A stretch of DNA of 63,462 nucleotides, the filler included, from Saprolegnia diclina VS20 (lineage: Eukaryota), in the NCBI RefSeq assembly GCF_000281045.1. It is 7 parts of 6 records of this genome, joined end to end, with 100 filler letters (N's around TTAATTAATTAA, not from the genome) between each part and the next. Parts side by side here need not be neighbours in the genome. Positions count along the whole stretch, not along the records: positions 1 to 19,998 come from NW_008246270.1; positions 20,099 to 36,196 come from NW_008246271.1; 5 more parts are not named here. One strand, 5' to 3'. A program made the translations under genes and the position numbers. How positions within the stretch are numbered: position 1 is the first letter of the stretch; every line of letters starts with the position of its first letter. The notes beneath the pieces were generated by a model, which saw only the letters and a program-made list of their open reading frames with translations, did no database searches and was not told the DNA's origin. Below, piece after piece: positions 10,613 to 21,123 of this stretch.

Positions 10613-11276
10613 CCTGGTGCGAAACTGCAAGCATGAAAAGGCGTCTTATAAATAAGATTCTTACACAAAAACCGTTGTTACCGCAACCCAACGCGAGGTC
10701 CCGAGGCAGATAGATCAAGTTGGTTTTGGTTTTATAGCGGGACCGGTCGCACGGTACTTGTCGTCTTGCTGCGTTCTTTTCCTTGCGTTGCCATTGGCTA
10801 GAGCCAACGATACATTGATACAGATGGCTTTGTATCAACTCGTGTACGTGCACCCAATACGCGTACCGTACAGACGCCCGCGGCAGTAAAGGTACGTAGC
10901 CTTCGTGTCGCTCACTGTAGCGCCCCACATATTCTCACATGCACGTTGGCCGCGACCCATCCCCTAGCTACTTGACACCGCTGCAGTCTCGTTGGCACCC
11001 TGTGGATACAACGAGTACTGTACTGAATCCAGACTTGATATCCCAAACGACCATATGTAAGTGGCAGAATCCTGTCACTGGGACGACCTACCCATGCGCG
11101 CCGATCCCTCGCAAGCCGCAGAACGGAACTGGGAGCCCCGCGCAACACCAGCGGTCTAGATCGGCATTAAATCCACTGTGTGGACAAATCATCGAACCGG
11201 TGATCGCCACGGGCACCTTGGATCCGCACACCAGTCGAGTAGAATGATCGCACCACGCACTCTGCATTTTGCGCCC

Positions 11277-11798
11277 ATGAGCCACCACGTCTCGAGCCCA
11301 AAGCTGCTTCTTGGCGACGACGACGATGCCGCCATGGTGGTCTACTGGATGGCTGCCCTGTTTGACGACGGGGACGAAGCCAGCGCCAAGGCCAAGCGCC
11401 AGGAAGCGCTTACGCGGCGCCAAGCTGCAATTCGCCGCCGCAACGAGCGCCGAGGGCTCGTGACAACCTCGGCACTATCAGCGTCCCCGCAGCCGGAAGG
11501 AAAGCGCAAGAGCAACCGCGAGTCGGCGCAGCGCTTCCGCGCCAAGACCAAGCGCGCAATCGACAAGTACCAGCGCGACCTCGCAACGCTCCAAGAGATG
11601 TACCCGTTCTACGTGCCAACACCGTACACACCGCTGCCGAAACCAGTGTGCGATGCGCTTCCCGGCGAGTCCAAAGACGACCTGCAGCGCCGCCGGAACG
11701 CGGTCGCTGCCGCCCACTCGCGTCAAAAGGAAGCGCATTATTTAGAGTACCTCAAGAACGAGGTGCACCTCTGCAGTCCGAGCTCGCTGTGCCCGTAA
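11277..11798 (+). CDS. Small bZIP-like protein with two basic regions (173 aa)
   Basis: N-x7-R motifs NRESAQRFR and NAVAAAHSR, each followed by a short heptad stretch. INR/FPR CGCACTCTGCATTTTGC directly precedes ATG 11277. The 3' end could be spliced. Confidence 0.7.
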   Translation: MSHHVSSPKLLLGDDDDAAMVVYWMAALFDDGDEASAKAKRQEALTRRQAAIRRRNERRGLVTTSALSASPQPEGKRKSNRESAQRFRAKTKRAIDKYQRDLATLQEMYPFYVPTPYTPLPKPVCDALPGESKDDLQRRRNAVAAAHSRQKEAHYLEYLKNEVHLCSPSSLCP

Positions 11799-12363
11799 GC
11801 CTGTCTCGATTTGTGTTGTCTATATGTAGTATTAGAGTTCTAGGGCAGGTACAAGGGTTGTGATTACGTAAAAAAGTAAATTAATTCGACTTCATTCCCA
11901 GAAATCATGTTTTTTATGCTAGAAATTGTAGAATCGATATATGCCGGTACAAAAATGCACATATCGTTCATCTAGTACAGACGAAGTTGGTAAGAAACGA
12001 TCTGATGGTACTGATTGGTGGTCGCCATGTCAAAGACATCACCTGACACCATACGCTGAACTTGTCGGATGGCGTCAGCGCACTTGGCCGCCCCGATACG
12101 TCAATTCTCACACCAGTCAGATCTGGTTCGCGGTGTCGTTCGATTCGATTTCTGGCGTCTTGCGTCGCACTGTCGATCCGCACCTTGATGTAATAGTGGT
12201 TTGTGTGCAATGCGTCGTGTCGAAGAGCAACACGTTGCGTCTTAGACTGCAAGGCATGTGACAGTGTCGCTTGCTTCAGGACTTGAGTTATCGCGAGTCA
12301 CGCGCTGCTGGCCTCTCCCTTGTCCAGTGTCGACACATTGTCACTTTGCAAGTTGCCACGCCG

Positions 12364-12732
12364 ATGCTCCGCGCTCGGACCGAGGACACCGACAGCGACG
12401 CCCCGACGACGACGACCGCCATCGAGGCCAAGCGCGAGCGCAACCGCCTGGCCGCCGCCGCGTACCGACGGAAGCGCAGTAGCCGCATCGCCGAGCTCCA
12501 GCGTGACATCCTTCACGTGCTCCTGCGCCACCCCGAGATTGCACCAACGCCGTACGAGGCGTTGCCGCGCCAGCCCGTGGAGCGCGCGCCGGGCGAGTCG
12601 GACGAGACCTTTCGCAAGCGCAGCAACGCAGCCGCGGCGGCCTACTCTCGCCGCGAGCAAGCGCACAAGCTGAGTTTTCTCCGACGCGAGTGGGACCGCG
12701 TGAGCTTTCTGAGCCACTGCTGTGCATTGTAG
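12364..12732 (+). CDS. Small bZIP-like protein with two basic regions (122 aa), paralog of 11277-11798
   Basis: NRLAAAAYR and NAAAAAYSR; shares the linker PTPYxxLP..PGES. INR/FPR GTCACTTTGCAAGTTGC at 12340-12356. Confidence 0.7.
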   Translation: MLRARTEDTDSDAPTTTTAIEAKRERNRLAAAAYRRKRSSRIAELQRDILHVLLRHPEIAPTPYEALPRQPVERAPGESDETFRKRSNAAAAAYSRREQAHKLSFLRREWDRVSFLSHCCAL

Positions 12733-13427
12733 GAAGGGGGACTTCCACGCGACGGCGTACCAAATGCGAACACGAAAGGCGCTACGAGCTCTCGACTCTG
12801 CGGTTTGACACGATCGTTTGTCTATACGTATACATAAATGCTGCTGTTTGTAAGTGTTTGAGCGGCGGCGGCTTATCGCCCAGCTTATTTGTGCCACTTG
12901 GGTTGGTTTCGGGGCGAAACAACTGGTGGCGCCTGTGGTGGGATTGTCATTGCACCCGGTAGTACACTCTAACGTGTACTACGAACCTTAGTAGTTCTAG
13001 TTTGAGTCTGCATTGCTCGTTGGATACTCGTACCGGTACAGTTGAATTTGCGTTGGCCAGGTCGCGCTCAAAATGCTGTGCCCCGGGTTGTGACCGGACA
13101 AGCAATCGCGCCCTTTCGCTTTCGAACACAACCCACAGCCACAACACGCCGGAGATGCCTGCCATCTCGACGCGGCCAAGGACATATGCAAAGCACTGCT
13201 CTGGCACCAGCCATCCAGCCATCGACTCGTCGGTTCTCATCTCTCCGACGATCAACGACCCAGTCAACGCCTCAGTCAACCTTATTCAAGATCTTAGTTT
13301 CGGCAGCTGCCGAATTTAAATCCGGATAAAGAGCAACAAGTTGAAGCTGCCTCCATACACAATCCGGATACTGCCGCAGGCCGGGACTGTGGCCAGCTCA
13401 TGGAATGTACACTATCCAACGCACTCG

Positions 13428-14503
13428 ATGGCAACGACAACGACCAAGTCGGACGAGACGACGATCACTGTTGCGCCGCCCGGGGTAGCGCCGCCGCCGG
13501 CGACCTGCTCGCTGCCCTTCATGCTGCTCCTCGCGGCGCCGCGCATGGCGATCCAAATGGCGTGGGCTGCGCAATGGGCAGCCTTCGGCCCGCAGTTTGC
13601 CAACTCGTACGCACCCTGGGCCGCGCAGCTCATCCGCATCCTCGGCCCAACCACCGGGCTTATTGTCTACCCGATGGTGAGCGTCCTCAGCGACAGCTGC
13701 CGCTCCACGTACGGACGTCGGCGGCCCTACATCTTGGGCGGGACGGTCGCGAGCATCGTCGTGTGGCTGCTCATGATGGTCGTTTCGCGTGCGGTGCAAG
13801 CGGCCAAGGATGAAAAGGTGGCCGCCGACAAGCTCAGCGGTGTCGCCATTGTGCTTTATCTCCTCATGGGCGTCGCAGTCAACACGATCCAAGCACCGGC
13901 GGCGTTGCTCATTGCGGACTTTGCCGGCGACCACCAAGTCACAGCGTTCAGTCTCGCGCAGGCCTTTAGCATCATTGGGTCGCTCCTCGTGTCGGGCTAC
14001 ATTTCGCTTTACGGCCCCGCGTCGCAGTCGATCCTCGCGTTCCTCGGTATGCTCATGCTCGTGCTTGTCGTCACAGTGTTGCCCGTGCTCCTCTGTGTGC
14101 CCGAGACGCCGTACGTACCAGAGGTCGTCATCTCGCGGCGCCAAGAGCTCAAGCGCAGCTGTATCGCCGTGTACGACGGGATCCGGTACCTTCCGCGGGT
14201 CCTCGCAGTCTACTGCGTCTGCTTCATCCTGGCCACGCTCGGGTACGCATCCTACAACAGCAACAAGAACCAGTTCTTTGGCACCGTCTTCTACAACGGC
14301 AACGGCACGTATGCCGACACGTGTGGCGCCTCGTGCTCGGACGCGCAAAAGCGCTTCAACAAGGGGACGCGGTTCGCTTCCGGCATTGTTGATACGATGC
14401 ATTTGCTTCTCGGCCTGCTCTACCTCGGCGTGCTGCCGACGTTGGTCCGCACGTTTGGCGCTCGACGCGTCTTTACGTACGCCATGGTGCCGCAGATGAC
14501 GCT
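13428..14503 (+). CDS. SLC45/sucrose-transporter-like MFS (GPH family) permease, copy 1, 3' end in gap
   Basis: IQMAWAAQ, GPTTGLIVYP and SDSCRSTYGRRRPYIL motifs; multiple TM segments. Confidence 0.85.
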
Positions 14504-15375
14504 NNNNNNNNNNNNNNNNNNNNNNNNNNNNNNNNNNNNNNNNNNNNNNNNNNNNNNNNNNNNNNNNNNNNNNNNNNNNNNNNNNNNNNNNNNNNNNNNN
14601 NNNNNNNNNNNNNNNNNNNNNNNNNNNNNNNNNNNNNNNNNNNNNNNNNNNNNNNNNNNNNNNNNNNNNNNNNNNNNNNNNNNNNNNNNNNNNNNNNNNN
14701 NNNNNNNNNNNNNNNNNNNNNNNNNNNNNNNNNNNNNNNNNNNNNNNNNNNNNNNNNNNNNNNNNNNNNNNNNNNNNNNNNNNNNNNNNNNNNNNNNNNN
14801 NNNNNNNNNNNNNNNNNNNNNNNNNNNNNNNNNNNNNNNNNNNNNNNNNNNNNNNNNNNNNNNNNNNNNNNNNNNNNNNNNNNNNNNNNNNNNNNNNNNN
14901 NNNNNNNNNNNNNNNNNNNNNNNNNNNNNNNNNNNNNNNNNNNNNNNNNNNNNNNNNNNNNNNNNNNNNNNNNNNNNNNNNNNNNNNNNNNNNNNNNNNN
15001 NNNNNNNNNNNNNNNNNNNNNNNNNNNNNNNNNNNNNNNNNNNNNNNNNNNNNNNNNNNNNNNNNNNNNNNNNNNNNNNNNNNNNNNNNNNNNNNNNNNN
15101 NNNNNNNNNNNNNNNNNNNNNNNNNNNNNNNNNNNNNNNNNNNNNNNNNNNNNNNNNNNNNNNNNNNNNNNNNNNNNNNNNNNNNNNNNNNNNNNNNNNN
15201 NNNNNNNNNNNNNNNNNNNNNNNNNNNNNNNNNNNNNNNNNNNNNNNNNNNNNNNNNNNNNNNNNNNNNNNNNACCGAATTTAAAATCCACCTATCAGCT
15301 CGTTGAAGTTGCATCTCTGCACGCGTTTGCCAGACGGCCACATCAGCTGACGGATGACACAATCCAACGCACTCG

Positions 15376-16860
15376 ATGGCCACCAAGCCGGACGATACGA
15401 CGATCGCAGTCGCGCCGCCCGAGGTAGCGCCGCCGCCAGCGACCTGCTCGCTGCCCTTCATGCTGCTCCTCGCGGCGCCGCGCCTGGCGATCCAGATGGC
15501 GTGGGCTGCACTGTGGGCAGCGTTTGGCCCGCAGTTCGACAACTCGTTCGCGCCGTGGGCTGCGCAGCTCATCCGCGTCCTTGGCCCTACCACTGGGCTT
15601 ATTGTCTACCCAATGGTGAGCGTCCTCAGTGACAGTTGCCGCTCCAAGTACGGACGTCGGAGGCCGTACATCTTGGGCGGGACGGTCGCCAGCATCGTCG
15701 TGTGGCTGCTCATGGTCGTCGTCTCGAGCGTCATCCAAGATGCCAAGGACAAGAAGGCGGCCGCCGATAAGCTCAGCGGCGTTGCGATCGTACTTTACTT
15801 TCTCATGGGCGTGGCGGTCAACACGATCCAAGCGCCGGCGGCGCTGCTCATCGCGGACTTTGCCGGCGACCACCAAGTCACGGCGTTCAGTCTCGCGCAG
15901 GCCCTGAGCATCATTGGGTCGCTCCTCGTGTCTGGCTACATCACGCTCTATGGGCCCGCGTCCGATGTGACGGTTCAGATTCTCTTTATGCTCATTCTCG
16001 CGCTCGTCGTCACGGTGTTGCCCGTGCTCCTCTGTGTGCCCGAGACGCCGTACGTACCAGAGGTCGTCACCTCGCGGCGCCAAGAGCTCAAGCGCGGGTT
16101 TGTGGCGTTCTATGACGGGATCCGGTACCTTCCGCGGGTGCTCGCAGTCTACTGCGTCTGCTTCATCCTGGCCATGCTCGGGTACGCATCCTACAACGGC
16201 AACAAGAACCAGTTCTTTGGCACCGTCTTCTACAACGGGAATGCCACGGACGCCGACAAGTGCGGCGCCTTGTGCTCGGACGCGCAAAAGCGCTACAACA
16301 ACGGGACGCAGTTTGCCTCGGGGACCGTCGACACCCTCCACTCGCTCCTCGGNNNNNNNNNNNNNNNNNNNNNNNNNNNNNNNNNNNNNNNNNNNNNNNN
16401 NNNNNNNNNNNNNNNNNNNNNNNNNNNNNNNNNNNNNNNNNNNNNNNNNNNNNNNNNNNNNNNNNNNNNNNNNNNNNNNNNNNNNNNNNNNNNNNNNNNN
16501 NNNNNNNNNNNNNNNNNNNNNNNNNNNNNNNNNNNNNNNNNNNNNNNNNNNNNNNNNNNNNNNNNNNNNNNNNNNNNNNNNNNNNNNNNNNNNNNNNNNN
16601 NNNNNNNNNNNNNNNNNNNNNNNNNNNNNNNNNNNNNNNNNNNNNNNNNNNNNNNNNNNNNNNNNNNNNNNNNNNNNNNNNNNNNNNNNNNNNNNNNNNN
16701 NNNNNNNNNNNNNNNNNNNNNNNNNNNNTTTGCGCTGGGTCCGCTGCTGAGCTGGCTGGGGGCGACGCCGGAACTGCCCATCCTTGTCGGTGGCGTCATG
16801 ACCGTGCTGGCCTTTCTTGTCGCCTTTTTTAAATTTGACATTCGCATGCGATCGCTCTAA
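15376..16860 (+). CDS. SLC45/SUT-like sugar permease, copy 2 (internal gap 16353-16728)
   Basis: Close paralog of copy 1, including the upstream region. C-terminus FFKFDIRMRSL resembles copy 3. Confidence 0.85.
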   Translation: MATKPDDTTIAVAPPEVAPPPATCSLPFMLLLAAPRLAIQMAWAALWAAFGPQFDNSFAPWAAQLIRVLGPTTGLIVYPMVSVLSDSCRSKYGRRRPYILGGTVASIVVWLLMVVVSSVIQDAKDKKAAADKLSGVAIVLYFLMGVAVNTIQAPAALLIADFAGDHQVTAFSLAQALSIIGSLLVSGYITLYGPASDVTVQILFMLILALVVTVLPVLLCVPETPYVPEVVTSRRQELKRGFVAFYDGIRYLPRVLAVYCVCFILAMLGYASYNGNKNQFFGTVFYNGNATDADKCGALCSDAQKRYNNGTQFASGTVDTLHSLLXXXXXXXXXXXXXXXXXXXXXXXXXXXXXXXXXXXXXXXXXXXXXXXXXXXXXXXXXXXXXXXXXXXXXXXXXXXXXXXXXXXXXXXXXXXXXXXXXXXXXXXXXXXXXXXXXXXXXXXXXXXXXXFALGPLLSWLGATPELPILVGGVMTVLAFLVAFFKFDIRMRSL

Positions 16861-16984
16861 GCAATTGTGTAGGAAGACTACTAACTAGTGCAAAATACTA
16901 TTGTTGATGTACTTTATTGTCCAATATCGTGAAGGGACAACGCAGTGACAGGGATGGCTCGGCGGTGACGTTGGCACCAAAACG

Positions 16985-17068
16985 CTGGATGACACATTCT
17001 GTTTGAAACCACTGGATGATACATTCTGTTTGAAACCACTGTACGCAGTAGCATTCTGTTTGTAAACA
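16985..17068. repeat. 27-bp tandem repeat (2 near-identical units plus 1 degenerate)
   Basis: CTGGATGA(C/T)ACATTCTGTTTGAAACCA at 16985 and 17012; partial unit CATTCTGTTTGTAAACA follows. Confidence 0.85.
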
Positions 17069-18575
17069 AGCGACATAAAGATGCGTGGCGTCGGACACAC
17101 AGTGCAGACAAAAGAGCGCGCTGGGCCCGCGACGTCACTACTGCAGAGCGCAGCCACCATTGCGACGTCGCCTAGCNNNNNNNNNNNNNNNNNNNNNNNN
17201 NNNNNNNNNNNNNNNNNNNNNNNNNNNNNNNNNNNNNNNNNNNNNNNNNNNNNNNNNNNNNNNNNNNNNNNNNNNNNNNNNNNNNNNNNNNNNNNNNNNN
17301 NNNNNNNNNNNNNNNNNNNNNNNNNNNNNNNNNNNNNNNNNNNNNNNNNNNNNNNNNNNNNNNNNNNNNNNNNNNNNNNNNNNNNNNNNNNNNNNNNNNN
17401 NNNNNNNNNNNNNNNNNNNNNNNNNNNNNNNNNNNNNNNNNNNNNNNNNNNNNNNNNNNNNNNNNNNNNNNNNNNNNNNNNNNNNNNNNNNNNNNNNNNN
17501 NNNNNNNNNNNNNNNNNNNNNNNNNNNNNNNNNNNNNNNNNNNNNNNNNNNNNNNNNNNNNNNNNNNNNNNNNNNNNNNNNNNNNNNNNNNNNNNNNNNN
17601 NNNNNNNNNNNNNNNNNNNNNNNNNNNNNNNNNNNNNNNNNNNNNNNNNNNNNNNNNNNNNNNNNNNNNNNNNNNNNNNNNNNNNNNNNNNNNNNNNNNN
17701 NNNNNNNNNNNNNNNNNNNNNNNNNNNNNNNNNNNNNNNNNNNNNNNNNNNNNNNNNNNNNNNNNNNNNNNNNNNNNNNNNNNNNNNNNNNNNNNNNNNN
17801 NNNNNNNNNNNNNNNNNNNNNNNNNNNNNNNNNNNNNNNNNNNNNNNNNNNNNNNNNNNNNNNNNNNNNNNNNNNNNNNNNNNNNNNNNNNNNNNNNNNN
17901 NNNNNNNNNNNNNNNNNNNNNNNNNNNNNNNNNNNNNNNNNNNNNNNNNNNNNNNNNNNNNNNNNNNNNNNNNNNNNNNNNNNNNNNNNNNNNNNNNNNN
18001 NNNNNNNNNNNNNNNNNNNNNACTTGACAGCGAGAAGGAAGCGACCAGTCGCCCGCTGGACGGACGCCAGGATGCCAGGATTCAATAAACCGGTATCAAA
18101 ACGCGTAGATACGCCAAGGCGTCAGTGCCGATGCGCGTGGGGCAGGTTCCGACGCTAGCAGTGTACTGTGCCCACGCGAGATACACCCACGACGCACGCC
18201 CACCGTCGCCAAGTTCAAGCGGTCACCCAAACTGCAACGTCGACACGGCGACAAGAAGGGTCATTTCAACAAACATGATCCGAGAGTTGGACTTGCTTGT
18301 GGTTGTGGATGCCAAGCAACTGGGCGCTGATAGCAGCTCCGACGCTCTCAGGTCCTTGGCGCGAATTCTGCTATGCTCGAGGTCTAGGCCATCGTCGACG
18401 GCCTCTCGCTTGACAGGAACGAGGTGATCGGGTATGTCGTGCTCGTGTCATACGGTGTATCGGTACCGCACGCATTGCCGGTCGGCCATCAAGCATGTGA
18501 CACATCCTCCGCCGCAACAGGCTACTCCTACTGTACTGTCCTCGGATCTGGCCTCATTTTGCCACCAACGCCAGC

Positions 18576-19937
18576 ATGCCGAGCAGCAGGGCGTCGTCCA
18601 TGAGCCACAGCCTCGACTTTACGACGATGGAGTCGTCGCCGCTGCCGGGCTGCTCGATCCCCGCGATGCTCCTCCTCTGCGCACCTCGCATGGCCATGCA
18701 GATGGCGTGGTCGGCGTACTGGGCCGCGTTCAGCCCGACCCTCGAGACGCGCCTCGCGTCCTGGGTGGTCCAGCTTATGCAGATCATCGGTCCGATCACG
18801 GGCTTGCTGGTGTACCCGACGGTTGCCGTCTTTAGCGATCACTGCACGTCACACTATGGTCGGCGGCGGCCCTTTCTCCTTGCAGGCACGCTCGGCACGG
18901 TCCTCGTCTGGGTGCTCATGATGCTCACCGACTTTGTGCCGGCGGCCTACCGCGACGGCTACACGATCTTCCTCTACGTGTGCATGTGCATCTCAGTGAA
19001 CGTGACCCAAGTGCCCGTGATGCTGCTCATCGCCGACTTTGCCGGCGACCGCCAAGTCACGGCCTTTAGCATTGCGCAGGCGTACAACACGCTCGGCGCA
19101 CTTCTCGTCTCGGGCTACATTTCGCTCTTCGGGCCGGCGACAGATACCTTTGTGACCTTCCTCTCGATGCTCATCCTCGTGCTCGTCGGGACCGTCCTCC
19201 CCGTCTGCATTTGCTTTCGCGAGACGCCGCATGTGCCCGACCAGCCCCACCGCGACCTCAAGAGCGGGTTCTTGGCCGTCTACCACGGCATCAAGTACCT
19301 CCCGCGGCTCCTCGCCGTCTACTGCGTCGTCTTCATCTTGATCATGTTTGGCTTCTCGTGCTACAACGGCAACAAGGCGCAATTCTTTGGCCTCGTTGTC
19401 AACAACGGCAATGCGACCGGCGCCGACGACTGCGGTGACACGTGCTCGCCGGCTCAAGCCGCGTACAATGAAGGCGCCAAGTACGCGCTGGGGTTTGTCG
19501 ACGCGCTGGCGTCATTCGTCGACCTCGCGTATCTTGTGTTGATGCCGCGGCTCGTCAAGATGTATGGCGCCCGGCGCGTCTTCACGTTTGCGCTGTTGCC
19601 GCAAATGCTCTTTGTCGTGCTCTCGTGGGTCCACAGCAAGCCGCTCGGCGCCGCGATCGTCGCGCTCGCCTCGATTTCGTTCAATACGGTCAATTCGATG
19701 CAAATTCCGGTGATTTTGCACGTCATTGGGTACGGCGAACTCAACGGCCTCGGTCTCTTTGCTGGCGCCTTCAACTCGGCCAACTGCCTCGGCCAGTTCC
19801 TTACGTTTGTGCTCTCGCCACCCCTCGTGACGACCGACCTCACACACGCGCTCCCGATTCTCGTGGGCGGCATCGTGACCTTTCTCGGGTTTCTTGTAGC
19901 CTTTTTCAAGTTTGACATTCGCATGTTTTCGCTTTAA
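18576..19937 (+). CDS. SLC45/SUT-like sugar permease, copy 3, complete (453 aa)
   Basis: SDHCTSHYGRRRPFLL and multi-pass hydrophobic profile; INR GCCTCATTTTGC at 18551. Confidence 0.88.
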   Translation: MPSSRASSMSHSLDFTTMESSPLPGCSIPAMLLLCAPRMAMQMAWSAYWAAFSPTLETRLASWVVQLMQIIGPITGLLVYPTVAVFSDHCTSHYGRRRPFLLAGTLGTVLVWVLMMLTDFVPAAYRDGYTIFLYVCMCISVNVTQVPVMLLIADFAGDRQVTAFSIAQAYNTLGALLVSGYISLFGPATDTFVTFLSMLILVLVGTVLPVCICFRETPHVPDQPHRDLKSGFLAVYHGIKYLPRLLAVYCVVFILIMFGFSCYNGNKAQFFGLVVNNGNATGADDCGDTCSPAQAAYNEGAKYALGFVDALASFVDLAYLVLMPRLVKMYGARRVFTFALLPQMLFVVLSWVHSKPLGAAIVALASISFNTVNSMQIPVILHVIGYGELNGLGLFAGAFNSANCLGQFLTFVLSPPLVTTDLTHALPILVGGIVTFLGFLVAFFKFDIRMFSL

Positions 19938-19998
19938 GTCGCAAATACCATTTATCTATTCGACGATTGTCTAATCCGAGTACAGTGTACAATTGTAG

Positions 19999-20098
19999 NN
20001 NNNNNNNNNNNNNNNNNNNNNNNNNNNNNNNNNNNNNNNNNNTTAATTAATTAANNNNNNNNNNNNNNNNNNNNNNNNNNNNNNNNNNNNNNNNNNNN
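19999..20098. other. Artificial contig linker N44-TTAATTAATTAA-N44 (also at 36197-36296, 42288-42387, 50480-50579, 55941-56040, 62287-62386)
   Basis: Identical 100-nt structure six times; the core carries stop codons in all six frames. Confidence 0.97.
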
Positions 20099-21123
20099 GT
20101 CCACGCAATGCAGAGGCGAGACTCGAAGTGGACATCGTGCCAACGTTGGCACGTCACTGCAAAATTTTCAAAGTCTCAGATTCTGGTGCGAGCTTTTCTT
20201 CTTTGGCTTCGACTTTCCAGCCACTATCGCGCGCAAATCTGCAATTTGGTCGCACGAAAATCACCAATTTTCAAAAATCGACAACGCGGTGGTGAAAATA
20301 TCGCGTTGGGTCATTTCTCTTGCTGTTCGGAGAGCCGCACGATTTGTTACAAATACGCTTCCTGCTCGGCTCTTTTGCGGCTGTGACGTGTCGAGGGCCC
20401 GTGGCCATACGTTGCCCAGTCGCAAGATCGCGCGTTACGCTAATAGGTACTGATTCTCCGCCACGTCGTTGAGCTGGAGCACATGTGTCGCGAAGCGTTT
20501 GGACCTCTCGTTCCGCAGTGCAATCTGGCGGAATACACACGCATTTACCACGCGATTCACTTTCTCGACGTGAAAAACAGAGGCGCTCCTCGCCCGCGAC
20601 GCTGAGCTCTCGCTAGGTGGGTGGACAAGAGACCTCAGCGCCGGACGTGGAGCGGTCCACCGACGCGGCGTCTGTTGGTCAAATGTGCAGCCCCACATAA
20701 GCTTCGACTTCCAGTGACCAACCGCGAACGTTAGCAATGCCTCCTTCTTATTGGTTTCTTATTGCGCATCTCTTCTTACTCTTCGTACGCGGTATCGTTT
20801 GATGGGGACGCCACGTGCTGCGACGCCAGCGACCGATCGCTGTCCGTGGCGGATCGTGTCCATGGCGCCACCCACTCTCGCACCGCCGAGCGCGACGGCT
20901 TTGTACCCGCGTCTTGGCCCTTGCATCGCTCTTGATCGAAAGGCTGATGGACTCAACTGCAGATCTTGCGCGGGCGAGCGTCGTGGCCGACCCCATCGAC
21001 CCGAATGTGATATTTGCGATCGACCAGGTGAGAAACACCAGCAACTGATTTTCACACGCACCAGATGGTGCTCGAGCTCGCAGAAAAAGGCAGGTGGCGC
21101 AGTTGGGCATTTGGCAATTGACC

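Noticed and set aside
16985..17068. 27-bp repeat, and the ~147-bp ankyrin periodicity, as CRISPR-like arrays
   Set aside because: No spacers between the 27-bp units; the ankyrin period is exon plus intron with no nucleotide-identical repeat; no cas genes; eukaryotic context.
13398..18158. Very long ORFs containing X runs
   Set aside because: Artefacts of translating through N gaps.
20043..20054. Palindromic TTAATTAATTAA recurring six times
   Set aside because: Always centred in exactly 44+44 Ns; an assembly linker, not a biological repeat.
20136..20153. Perfect 18-bp palindrome CGTGCCAACGTTGGCACG
   Set aside because: Isolated, near a contig end, with no second copy or context to assign function.
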